A program made the translations under genes and the position numbers. Positions 50,645 through 62,738 of a DNA stretch of 64,000 bases are shown in pieces; within the stretch, counting starts at the first letter, position 1, and each line of letters opens with the position of its first letter. The DNA is from Rhizodiscina lignyota (lineage: Eukaryota): NCBI GenBank assembly GCA_010015805.1, contig ML978124.1:2418001-2482000 (forward strand), in the 5' to 3' direction. A model generated the notes under the pieces. The model was not told where the DNA came from, searched no databases, and saw only the letters and a list, made by a program, of their open reading frames with translations.

Positions 50645-52963
50645 ATGGCGCATCTTGAAATTCCAAAGGCTCCGGGCAGCCCTACTACTACAATTCATTC
50701 CCAATCTGATACGATGGAGTTACCCCCAGGGTGGCCGCTCAATGACCGAAACAGTCCGCAGTTCGTGAGCCCATCGACGCACTATTTCCAGAATGGCGCC
50801 TCTCCACCGAGGGCAACAGCCTATGTCACCGACTACCCGATTGCATTCGACGAGAAGAGGCCAATTGAGAACCCTGAGTTCGGTCTTCCTCAGATCCCGG
50901 AGGCTGCTGCCATACCGAATAACGCCTTCTATCCGTCCCACGAGGATGTGTTGGGCCCTCACATCACTCAATCCCAATCAACTAAAAAGAGCTTTCGGCG
51001 AAAGCGATTCAACTTCAAGAGCGGTATCCAGCGTCTCTACGAAAGCTGGGTTGACAACTGGTGGCTTTGGGAGTTGATGGCGTGGTGTCTCAGTGCTGTC
51101 TGTATGGGCATTATCGCTCTAGTCCTTCTCCTTCTAGATGATACCCAAACTACCACCATGGAGGTGACACTCAATTCTATCATATCCGTCCTCTCTGGTA
51201 TCGCAAAAGCTGCCCTTCTTCTGCCGACTGCAGAAGCCCTGGGCCAGTTGAAGTGGAGCTGGTTCTGGCGCGACTCGAAGAAAGTTCGGGATTTTGAGAC
51301 GTTTGACGCTGCAAGCCGCGGGCCTTGGGGCTCTCTAATGCTTTTGATCCGAACGAAAGGAAAGTGAGTCGAATTGATTCTGACTTGCAGGTCTTTATTC
51401 GGATCCACTGACTGATGCTGCAGAACGCTCGCTACTATCGGCGCCGTCATTACCATCCTCTCCATCGCTGTCGATCCATTCTTTCAGCAATTGGTCATAT
51501 TTCCCCAAAAATGGGTCGCCCAAGGCACTGGAACCATGCCGCAGCTTCAGACTTACTATGGTTCAAACTACAACATCACCATGGCTGGCTCTGCGTACTT
51601 CTCGGCAGACACGGAGTTGCGGAGTTTCTTGGAACCAATGTTTTTTGGCCACGATCTGCAACCAAAAATCCCTCTGAACTGCCCAACAAGGTAACAAATC
51701 CGTATTAGTCCTTCTGGAGTCTTTGGGACTAATGAGTGCTGCAGTAATTGTACTTGGGAGCCTTTCGATACTCTCTCGATCTGTAGTGCTTGCCACGACG
51801 TATCTGACCTGCTCCATTACGGATGTTACAATACCACTTTGGATTGGCTCCATAACGTCACCGGTCAAGAGAAATCGCTCCCTGTCATCGAGACTTGCGG
51901 ATATTTCTTGAATGCAACATCAGACAACCCAACCCTTATGAGCGGATACATCCCTAAAGGAGATCCAGCGTTGCAAGAAGTCTTGATTGCGAGGCTATTG
52001 TCTATGGTGACCCAGACAGCAGATGGATACAAGGTGTACTATGATGGGTCCATCCATTTCAAAGATATCGTCAATCCCATCGCAGACTACATAACGGTCA
52101 GCGCTCCGAACGGTGTGCCAAGCGTTTACGGAAACTCAACGCCTGTCGCACAAGAGTGTGTTTTGAACTGGTGCACACAAAAATTCAACATGTCCTACTA
52201 CAGTGGCAATTTGACACAAATTCCGGTAGACCCTCCGCTGCGGACAACCGAGAAGACTCCATTCCCGTGGGCGATGGACGCTCCAGTGGATGGCCAGCCA
52301 AATTACATCTACTATGCCAATTTGTCACTTACTCCTCCGGGTCAGAATCTTACATTTTCCTTGTCAAACGACACCTTTTTCCAAACCATCGTCACAATCA
52401 ACGAATTCCTGCCCTCGCTTCTGACTGGACGAAGTGGCGACCCCGAGATGCAGTACAGATTCTACAACACTATTCCCCCGCCATTTGTGCGGCCTATGAC
52501 TGTGAATCCGTTCTCTGACATCGTGAATTTGAACGACCGCGTTGGCAAGCTCATGACAAATGTGCTCCTTACATCTTTCGTGGGGGCGAACCTTCAGGTT
52601 GGCACAGCATGGGAGCAGGTGGTTTTTATCAACGTTCGTTGGATATGGATGGTACTCCCATTCACACTCCTTCTCTTTAGCTTGCTATTCTTACTTGCGA
52701 CGATCTTCAAGAGCGAGGATGAGAAAGGCGACATCGGCATCTGGAAGACATCTGCGCTAGCTGTCCTGTTGAATGGCCTCCGAGGAGACGTGCAGCGTCA
52801 AATGGGCGATTCGCACGAAATGGGCGAGGCACGAAAGAATGCTGAGGATGTCCGAGTCAAGCTGATGCTCAACAAAAAAGGCCGGTTCCGACTCTCTGGA
52901 ATCAACGGGCCGTCCTGGATGGTATCACCTCGAGGTGGACCTGGAGGGCGTACATGGTTTTAA
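50645..52963 (+). CDS. DUF3176-like multi-pass membrane protein (paralog A)
   Basis: WWLWELMAW, TLNSIISVL..AKAALLLPTAEALGQLKWSWF, FDAASRGPWGS, DPFFQQLV, CPTSNCTW, AQECVLNWC, INVRWIWMVLP..WKTSALAVL. Introns 51364-51423 and 51691-51744. Confidence 0.88.
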
Positions 52964-53290
52964 AATGAACACAGTATGAGAGAATTTCACCGACTACAGC
53001 TCGAATTGAAATTGATAATGGAGACTTTTTTTTGTGACAGACAGACCCATTGATTCACACAGAGGAAACTATTGAAGACAGGCAACAAATCGTCGAGGAG
53101 CCCCTAAAGAGAACCGTGGAGCCACGCCCAACACACCGAACGCACCAAGGAAATCCAGAATTTTGGACGACGAGACGTCAAAATATACATCAGAAACATT
53201 ATCACAGAAGAAAAAGGTGGCCAAATGGAACACATATCTGCGTCGCACCACGGACTGCCTCGGACTCACGCCAACAACACTCTTCTTTGT

Positions 53291-53920
53291 CTAGTAAGAG
53301 CCTGGCCCTTTCTGCATCAAGTCAGCGATACATCAACTGGTTCTCACCGGGGCATGACTTACGCCATTTGTTCCTCTCTTGGCTGGTTCAATGGGACCTG
53401 GAATCATTCAGTACATCGCTGCTTTCATATACAGTGAGACACATACTATACGAGCCTGGGCCTTTCTGTACCGAGTCAGCGATACATCAAACGTATCATC
53501 AGCCGGGCTTAACTTACACCATTCGTTCCTCTTTTATACGAGCCTGGGCCTTTCTGTGCCGAGTCAGCGGCATATCAGCGGGTTCCCAGAGGGACCTGAC
53601 TTACACCATTCGTTCCTCTCTTGGCCGGTTCAATGGGACCTGGAGTAATTCAGTACATGGTTGCTTTCATCTACAGAGACTCGAGTGTCACATACTGTAT
53701 GAGCCTGGCCCTTTCTGTGGCGAATCAGTAACACAGCCATGTCATAAGCAAAGGCATTACTTACACCGTTTGTTCCTCTCTTCATCGGCTCGATCGGGCC
53801 TGAGCTTGGTCAATACGCGAGCCTTTCTATCTAGGAGTGCACCAATACTGTAAGAGCCAGGTCCCTTCTGTTGTTGGGTCAGCTTGGGTCCTTTGATCGG
53901 GCCTCTACCGACTTACGCCG
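53291..53920. repeat. Degenerate tandem repeat of ~155-bp exon-intron-exon-intron units (one unit shortened), forming the KEP gene body
   Basis: Recurring plus-strand words gagcctgg(c/g)cctttctg, acttac(a/g)cc and gttcctctctt. Related introns share sequence, e.g. 53640-53695 versus 53398-53446. Confidence 0.9.
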
Positions 53921-54042
53921 TCTACCCTCTTTGCGAACGGCTCCACAAGCTCCCCATTTGCAACAGGAACCGCCAATGGCGCCGCCGCCACAGTAGCTGC
54001 CAGGGTTGCAGTGAGAAGGACGAGAAAATCGCGGGGCATCAT
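53291..54042 (-). CDS. Secreted Kex2-type repeat-peptide precursor (KEP), 114 aa, 9 exons; cores GTNGKGPGSY x4 and VDGKGPGSY x1
   Basis: Exons 54042-53917, 53867-53849, 53799-53765, 53714-53696, 53639-53605, 53553-53518, 53465-53447, 53397-53363, 53311-53291. All eight introns are 49-56 nt, GT..CAG, with branch-site-like motifs. The spliced CDS is 345 nt and open to a TAG directly after the last core. Confidence 0.9.
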
Positions 54043-55491
54043 CTTGTTCAAAGAGATTGGACGCGCGCTTAAGAATAGAAAGAGTCGAGATTAAAGGGTG
54101 GTATAGAGAACAACTGGCTGTTTGGTGTTGTGGATTGAAAGCTGTGTTGTGCAGTCTTTTCGGAGCGGTCCATGGACTCAATTTATGTTTGACATGGGAC
54201 AGGAGACACTCTTTCGAACGGCAGCCCTCAATGCGGAGAACACCATCCCGGCAGCGGTCAATAACCTCGAAGACGCACACAAAGAAACACATCACTCCAT
54301 CGCGCTTACGGATCTCGCCAATGACGTTTGTGTAACGAAACTGTAAAAACAGGCACAAGCAGCTTACTGGTCCAACGACTGAAAGGGCTGGAAGTATCGC
54401 AAAAGAAATGCCGGGCGCTTCGAGAAATGAGTCCAAGCAGCGAAAAGGGCTCGATGACGGTGGCCATGGAGTGCCCAGATCCCACGAGGCGGTCGCCATT
54501 CTTCGACCTTCGATACGCCAGACGCGGCCGATGGCATTTGTGGCGTGTGCTTCGAAACAGCCGACGCACGTCTCCCACGATTTCCGCACCACGGTCCACG
54601 ATAACGAGGGTCTGTACGAAGCAAAAACCTCAAACATTTGTGATTGTGGATTTTTGCTGTCGAGTGTCGTTGACTTGACGGGACGAGCTTTTCGCCTCAA
54701 ATTGTGATGCGCGGGTCCGGCCAATCAGAGGTGCAGGCTACCTTGTTCGCGCACGAACTCCACACAGCTACGCGCCAACCACCAAACATCCTCTGACATC
54801 TTCATGCAATCTCCACCACTCAAATCTTAACGCCAACCCTGCTCCATCAGGCTGATTCCCATTATAACGGCGACGCCAAAAGTTAAAAGGACGACGCCAT
54901 AAGCGTTCTCCTCGTCTCATCGTGCAGGTGCGACCGTGGAACTTGGAAGGCCTCGATTTTTCGTACTGCAACTCAGGGCACTGTCACCGCTTACCCGACT
55001 GCAAGGCACACATGCTACTTGTCAACATCCTTGAACATTCACTCACCGTCGTCATGTCACACAGTTATCACTACGTTACGCATGTTTCTGGCCCTTTCGA
55101 AGCGCCGAAGGATCTTTGCGTGTGATCTTTCTGCTTATGGATCGTGTACCGAGCTCGGATCATACTGGTAGTATGACCCAGTACCGATTCATCTACTTTG
55201 TACAGCCTTGCGCATTGTTCGCTATTGTTCCTCTCCAATAGCCAACTCCAGAGTGATTCACTATCGCTACGTGTTCATTTTGCGATCCTTTGTATCTAGA
55301 CAACGGTATATTCTCATACTGTAAATCTTGGGTTCGTAAGATAGTCGTTAGAGTAATGCCCGTAATTCTAATTGATGTACGGAATGGCCAACCACTCCAA
55401 ATCTGTCTTTATGTGAGCTCATTGAGAAGTCAAGAAATTCATGGGACCGTTAAATCAACGCAGTTATAAATCGAATATTGCAAATTTTCTA

Positions 55492-57592
55492 TCACTGCGA
55501 AGATACATGCTTTGAAAATCTCCACCGACCTTTACGCCCGCGCAATCGAACTATCAGTCGCGGCTCGTTGCGTCTTCTTCGCACTGTTGTCTGCATGTTA
55601 TCCTTCTCTTTGATCAAATCTTCTCTCAGTCCATGCATGAGAATCGCCAATGCCGAATTTTTCCACACATCTACGTCACCTGATCTGCTGTGCAAGATTG
55701 CTGCTACCAGGAATGCTAAACTTGAAAATAAAAGCACCAGTGGCAAAGAAAACCAAACCCATCGAATATGCACGTACGTCTGGGGACTCAACGCTATGCC
55801 TTCGACCATCTCAGTCCCATATGACGATGAGCGCATGACGTTCGTCATGACTCCCGCAATTCTGTCCAGCTGAGCAGTCCAGTTGTTTCCTGTTAGCCAG
55901 GGATTTGACGGAAGTTGAACTAGATCCGGGGGCCCTACGGGGTCATCTTCATACCTGACCGTGGGCGTGGAATTGCGGGCCTTTGATGTCGTGAATGCCT
56001 GCAAAGGTGACGACCAAAACACGATGATTTCGTCGAATTGGGTGTCATTGGAACTGGGCCCAAAAGTAGTGTTCGACCCTGGCGGTCGAATTGATGGCAC
56101 ATCATATATATAGTAATCCGGGCTCCCATCATCCATATCTTTAACATGCCATTCCGGGGAAGACATCTTCGTTCTGTTATCGTACTTTGCCACGACCGAT
56201 TCGTTATATTCTCCATTGAGAACAGATGCTTGGACCTTCTTGACACACCAATGGAGATTGCACTCCTGAGCTAGTGGTCTTGTATTGGTCTTCACGCCAT
56301 CGTAACCGCCTGGAGTTGCGATGATCATGACATCCAGAAGTGCAAGTGGTATATCCTTGAAGTGCATCGAACCATCGTAATGGCAAGTGTTACCGACGTA
56401 CGGAGCATTGAGAACGAGTGTGCGCCCAACTAAAACTTCGGATTCATTGGCAGAATTCTCATACCCGCTGACGAGCACTGGTGATGCGCTTGTGCCATTG
56501 AGGAAAAATCCGCACGTTTCGGGTGCTGGAACTTTTTTGTTGACATTAGTCGTAGTGTTGGCCGCCCATTCTTGACTGTAATCTACCACCGAGCTCTTCC
56601 AATTGACTGGCGTGGGCATGCATCTGAACGAGAGGAGGTCAGATATATCTGCACACTCGCTACAGACCCCCAAAGTTTCAAATGCGGGAAACTGGCAATT
56701 TCCAGTGGGACATTGTACTTTCAGATCCGGTTCCTTACTACTCTCATTGGAGTAGAGCAGAGGGGTAACAAAATAATTCATTGAGACATCCGGAGTAAAC
56801 AGTTCGCTCCCCATTTCATGAACAGTAGCCGGAATGAGACTGTCCCATTGATATACCACGCTTCTGGGGAGCATCGCTTCTTTGACAGGTACACTCCGCA
56901 GAGGAAATACTACAATTTGCTGGAAGAACGGGTCGAGTGCAATGGAGAGCAGCATGACTGCCGCACCTATAGTAGAAAGAGCGCTTTGAGACATAGTTGG
57001 TCAGCTGCACCGTATCCACTGCTGAGCAATCCTTGATCACATACCGGCCTCTCGTTCTCAGGATCAACATAAAGGAGCCCCAAGGTCCTCGGGTTGCCTC
57101 ATCAAATGTTTGAAAATCATTCACGTCACGGCCCCGAGTGGCAAACCAATTCCATTTCAGCTGTCCAAGCGCTTCTGCGGTCGGTAGCAGGAGCGCCGCT
57201 TTGGCAAACGATCCAAAAACAGAGACATAGGAGTTGATCGTTAAGCCCAAGGGCCACTCCGGAAGTGGGCGACCTTCATAGACGGCCAGGAAAATCGCGA
57301 TTGCACCCATGCAGAAGGCCGCAAAACACCAGCTGAACAATTCCCAAAGCCACCATTCGTCGACCAGGTTCCAGAAACTGCTGTTCGGCGCGACCCTCCA
57401 TGAGGTCTGTCGTCTGAAGTCGCGAACAGTAGGTACGTCATCTGCCGCTATTGACTGGTTGTTACTGCATTGCTCAGGAGTATCGTTTCGTGTGAATGAA
57501 GGGATCCAATGTCGTCTCTTTTCGGCAATCGCCCAGGAGTAGCTCGGAGGAGGACGGGGAAACACAGTGATGGACTCGACGTCAGAATCCAT
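55492..57592 (-). CDS. DUF3176-like multi-pass membrane protein (paralog B)
   Basis: WWLWELFSW, TINSYVSVF..AKAALLLPTAEALGQLKWNWF, FDEATRGPWGS; intron 56984-57044; DPFFQQIV, CPTGNCQF, AQECNLHWC, VHIRWVWFSLP..WKNSALAIL. Confidence 0.88.
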
Positions 57593-59285
57593 AGCATCCA
57601 ATCGCTGGAGTTGATGTCTCAAAACTGGTCAACTGACGTCTCAATAATGATAGGAAAGAAATGAAGGTCGCGTCACAAGCACATGCGTGAGTCCTGAATA
57701 TTAGAAGTTATTCAAACTATACAAAACAATGAATATCAAGGTGGCATAGCCCCAGTACCAACACAACATGAGACACAAAGAGATGCGGGTGTTCTCCCAG
57801 GCGCCATGGAGACAGGAGGTGATGTTGGAAGATTGTCGTTCACATCATCATTGACAGCCTCTGACAGGCGCGAGCAAGATGGAAGCGCGCTCTCCCCAGA
57901 CATGTTGGCTTGCGGAAAGTCGCCGCACAGAGAGATTCTCCTATATCGAGGTTGCGTGTAGGAGCAGGAATACATTGCAGAACGCCTACAGAGCGACTCG
58001 ATACTTCAGCGGCTATCGCAGACGTCGGCAATTCAGATGAACGAAGGCGGCCAAAAAGAAGCGCGGTGGTAACGCTGGCCATGCGCCGACCGACGCACTG
58101 CAGGTCAAGCAAAAGCGGCCGAAAAATGCTGCAGCAATGAGCGAGGGCCAACATGCGAACGCCGGACGAGAGCTTGGCCGTGGTTCGCAGGGCGGCCATG
58201 CAGGGCATTGATAATCAGGGCGCTCAGGGGAGAGACTCCTTTGACCAGGATAAAAGTGCACCAAGCTTAATTCGGGCCCCACGGCGCTTACGGAGTATTT
58301 ACTACACCAAGATATTAATATCTACAATTCTGGGGAAGCATTACGCGACGGCGAGGCAGACAAGAACTCGCCGAGTTCTGCAACTCGTATTTCAGCATAT
58401 GTATCATGTATGCAGCTCCTACGTCTGGGCGGCAGGAGTGATGGCGCTTCGATATCAGTGTCGACACGGATGGCTTTCCTGGCAGCACACCCCTTCAGCC
58501 GGGCGCACATCGATTACAATTCGACGTCCCCAAGAGCCTCAAAGTTAAGGGTCAACGAGGGCACCCACATGCAGTCCTTCGTCTCCCGCGAACGTTCTGT
58601 TTTCCTTCAAAGATCGCGTTATTTTCAATGAATCAGCCTTCCACTAATTCCGATGCTTGACCTCTTAGTTACCAGAGTCGTTTCATGTTCAAGTCCCCTC
58701 TACTCATTAATAATTGACAAATGCTGACATGTGATCCTCTACTGTATCTCGTATTACACTGCAGCTACTACTTGAACCTCTTCCTTGGTGACACAATTCT
58801 CAAACAGACGATCCATCGCTTAAAGCGATCGAGAAGAGAAACGGCTAAGGCTTGCCGTGGCAAGAGTGAGAGGCCGAACATCTATGCATTTGTTCAGTAC
58901 CGCTTGTGAGCGATAAAGAGAAATGGTTGCACCGAAGCAAGGCTTGAAATGGTGGGGTAAGTATCAAGGATATCCCGTGAGAGAATACGGAAATTGCAAG
59001 TCCTCCCAGACATTACAGTTTTGTGATAGACAGAGCCTGTACCTTGCTCACACTCCTCAGACCACTCCTCAGACCACTCCTGAGAACATGTCTGTATTAA
59101 CAGGTCTATCTCAATAGATGCATCTGCTGTGCTGCCTGCTCGGGCAGGTTATTGTGCCTGCCATTCTCTCGCTTCTTGGACAATTCATGTCCAGCCGCAA
59201 GATCGTTTATCGGTTGCTTATGAGCATCCGATTAACAGCAGATCAGTCATGATCCATCTGGACCTGCAGTTCCCTCAGATCGACA

Positions 59286-61421
59286 TCAAAGCTTACTCTG
59301 CCCTTCCTGCATCGGCAACGCTCCGCTCATGAACGGGCCATTCTCATCAGCACCCTGGCCAAGGAATACCGCATCTCTTCCCCCATGCGTATTCCACCAC
59401 GTCACGCACATCTGCGACCGCTCCGGATCCATCTCGCCACTGATGAGAATCTCCCACAACCGCTCCTGACATATCTTACGCATCGATACATCTGATACGC
59501 GATTGATGAGATTCGCAGACATGGGGAGAGACTCATCGAGTAGATCCAGAGGCAAGAATGGTAGAGCGTCGAGGAAGGTCAGTACTAGAACTGCTTGTTC
59601 TGATAACGGTGGAGAGTCGTCTGGTTGGGTCATTGGTGTAGTAGGCTGTGGCGTGTTGAGAGGTGTGGCTGGTGCGGAGAGAGCTCGGTGGTGGACAAGT
59701 TCCATCAGTGCTCCAGGAAGATCAGGTTGGGTTGCAGAGAGCGGTGCGGGTGGAGCAGTTACGCGCATCAGCGTCTTGAATGCAAGACGAAATTGGCGTG
59801 GAGAGAGATTGTGCGGGAAAACGCTGAATAGTGCGTCGACGTAGAATGGTAGATGTTTTGCCGTGAGTTCAGCACTTTGTGGTGCGGATAATACCGATAG
59901 TATTACGCTGTGTGCGGCCTCGAAAATGGGTAGTAAGTCATTGCTGCCACCCGCAGCGAGGTATGGTGCAGCCGCAGCTACGAGCAATTCTTCGTTTACG
60001 GTGGGCGTGAGGACGAGAGTGAAGTGCTCCGCCGTGTTGAGGAAATACAGGTCCAGACATCGGTCCAAGGCATTCTCTGGGATCTGGCCAAGCCCTACCG
60101 GCCTGATTGATTTCAAGAACGCGTCAGCATGGATCGCGTATGTACTGAGAATATCGATTGCTGTCAAACAGACGAATGTGTATTGAGTGAACGAGTGTGT
60201 GCCCGTTCTGGAGGAGATGAAGTAAAGATTCCTGAGTGCATGCAGAGACTGCGAAACCATGACAGGTGCTACAGCATCAGATGAGAGTAGCCTGTCGCCC
60301 AGAAGCCGTCCTATCGCAGCGCGAAGAATGATGACGCTTGCGAATAGCGTCGACCTGAGCAGCTTCCATAAGGGTGGTAATGTTGTGCGAAGCGTATCTG
60401 CCGTGAAGTATTGCGCCTCCTCCGAAGCATCGACTTCTGAGAGCCCAATCTGGCGCCATTGGGTGAGAAGAGACCTCGTGAAACCAGCAATGTCGTCTAC
60501 AAGCGTCTGGACGAGCAGAGAATCCCGTACTTGCTCCGCAGCATGCGCGATTAACCTCGAAAGCGGGCCCATGGATGCTACAAGCGGTCTGGATACTACT
60601 CTTGCAATCTGGCGAGCTGAGGCAGAGTTTGATGGCCAGTCAAACTTTTGATCCTCCGTTGTTTTGATGTGCATGCCGATAGATGCAAGAAAGTACGCCG
60701 ACTGGAAACCTTCAAGCGAGTAGTATGCCGTTCCAACCAAGACTGGGAGTAGTCCATCGTAATCCAGCTTCGCCCGATCCGCGTCCGAGAGGAGTGGGAA
60801 CGTATGATTTAGCACAAGCGTGATACAGTGTGCACCAAGTTCGTCGCCATTTCGGGCCTCAACAATAGCCAGATTCGTAGCTCTTGCTAATGCATCCTCC
60901 AAAGTTCGGCGCATCGAACGAGTGAGTCCCTCACGATCTTGTCCTTCAAAGCCAACAAACAGACCTCCGAGGACCATGAGATGCTTCCATCTTTGTGAAC
61001 GGTCGTCTGCTCCTTTGACTACTGCTTTCACCCACTCTTCCCGTGGCATGCCTCCACCAATCTGAGGCGTATCTGGATACAAAGGCTGTGGTTTATCCTT
61101 CTCCTGTATTTCTCCTTCGCGTACTAAAGTCGCAGCAGCAGAGTGGAATACACTCATCACCCGGAGGCATGTGCCCAGTCCTTCCGGTCTGTCCCATATT
61201 GCCGGTGCTGCTAAGAGGTGCGATGTGAGGAGTGTGAGGTTAAGCGGATTCGTCAGAGTCGTGAGAAGAGATGATGCGGTGGACAATAATCTAAGAAACC
61301 GGTATCAGTTCTGCATGAATGGAATTGCAGCTATCATTGTCACTTACCTGGGCGTGTCTTGTTGGTCTGTATACGTCTGTAGAGACCGAAGGAGGGTGCC
61401 GAGCAATCTGTCAGCAGGCAT
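59286..61421 (-). CDS. PEX8: Peroxin Pex8 (Pex17 in Yarrowia nomenclature)
   Basis: MPADRLLGTLLRSLQ..DTP|RLLSTASSLLTTLTNPLNLTLLTSHLL (intron 61291-61347), LDLYFLNTAEHF, FPHNLSPRQFRLAF, GEMDPERSQMCVTWW; ends in the PTS1 tripeptide SKL. Confidence 0.9.
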
Positions 61422-62122
61422 GGCTGTTTAGGTGAGACTCAAGGTCTGCCCGCCTTGAGTGGAAAACTCCCTGAGCCTTCGCTTCATCTACGAGCAGTTT
61501 GATAAAGCAGTGTGAACTTTTTGGAGGTTGATACTCCTTCTGGAATGCCTCGGCAAATATTTAGGGTTAGGGCTCTTCATCAAACCACTCGAATGATCTG
61601 ACCCTCGCTCAAGGCGCTCCATTTTCCTCTTCCAGCACACGCACAAAGTCACGGCCGTATGTCCATGTTTCAGCTCCAAGTATATTTCATCCGAGTCAGC
61701 ATCGCAGTGCATAGTTCTACGCCCTTTCGTCCAATTATGTCATCAATCTGAGTCCCAAACTACGGTTACTTCTTTCCTGATGCAGGCATTGCGAAGAGTC
61801 GGACTTTAAGGAAGGATTTTGTAGGGAACATGTCAAGTGGATTATTGCTATATGATTGCTTGCACGAGGCAATATAGGATGTAGGGCGTTAGATCAGCAA
61901 TATCTCCCGAGTTTGAGCGGTGTCCATGGCTGTGGACAGACCATCAGGCCTCCAGCCGCGGCGCCGAGGATAGTATTTAACTCCAGAGTATGTTACACGA
62001 TGTAAGAACCGGATCTTATGTATATGAATTCCTCCGATACCTCAGTTCAGCCCCGTACTTAGTACGGTTCATTATTCCTACCTCCCTCTCGTCCGCTCTC
62101 TCAAGCGCCTCTCGTTCCCAGA

Positions 62123-62676
62123 ATGGCTCCACCAAAGCTCGAATACCTCTTCAAGATGAAGGGCTATCTCGCACCGGATCAAACAGTCGAGGTTGGTACC
62201 GTGAAATCCGGTCCACAGCGAATCTTCGCACCTATTGTGAGCGGTTGGCTGGAGGGACCAAGTGTTGGAAGAGCAGAAGCAACTCCCGGAGGAGGTGACT
62301 GGATGCTCGTATGTATCTCCTCTCCCGAAATCAGCTCTTACCAGCACTGATGATGTGCTCCCAGGTCGACCCACAGAGCCAAACAATCCACCTGGATGTC
62401 CGATTCTGCGCTAAATGGGAAGACGGCAACGCAGCCTTCTTTCACTATCCGGGGATCATCCAAATAAACGAAAAGGTCATGAAGGCTATGACCTACGCAC
62501 CAGACGCAAAGAGCACCGAGTTCGAGGATCTGGAGTTTTGGACGTCACCGATTGTTGAAATTAGCAACAAGGAGCTCAAGTGGTTGGAGCGAAGTATGCT
62601 TGTCGCTCAAGGTAAGCTGATCCATGATGATGGAGGATATGGAGTTGAATATGAGGTCTATAAACTCGCGCATTAA
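62123..62676 (+). CDS. DUF3237/UPF0311-family protein
   Basis: GPQRIFAPIVSGWLEG..PGGGDWML|VDP..HLDVR..HYPG..LKWLERSMLVAQG..VEYEVY; intron 62309-62364. Confidence 0.85.
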
Positions 62677-62738
62677 ACGATCAAATTTAGTTGTTGGGTA
62701 TATAAGTCGCTAAATCAAAGAGAAATATGCTATAATCT

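Noticed and set aside
53050..53853. 267-aa plus-strand ORF with internal repeats (and ORF 53879-54724 on the minus strand)
   Set aside because: Shadow frames of the spliced minus-strand repeat-peptide gene. The repeats shift frame between copies, whereas splice signals and synonymous variation all fit the minus-strand model.
53291..53920. Repeat-spacer pattern superficially like a CRISPR array
   Set aside because: This is eukaryotic DNA with no cas genes; the 'spacers' are spliceosomal introns and the 'repeats' are coding exons.
59051..59084. 12-bp unit (CACTCCTCAGAC) x ~3
   Set aside because: Short intergenic slippage repeat with no evident function.
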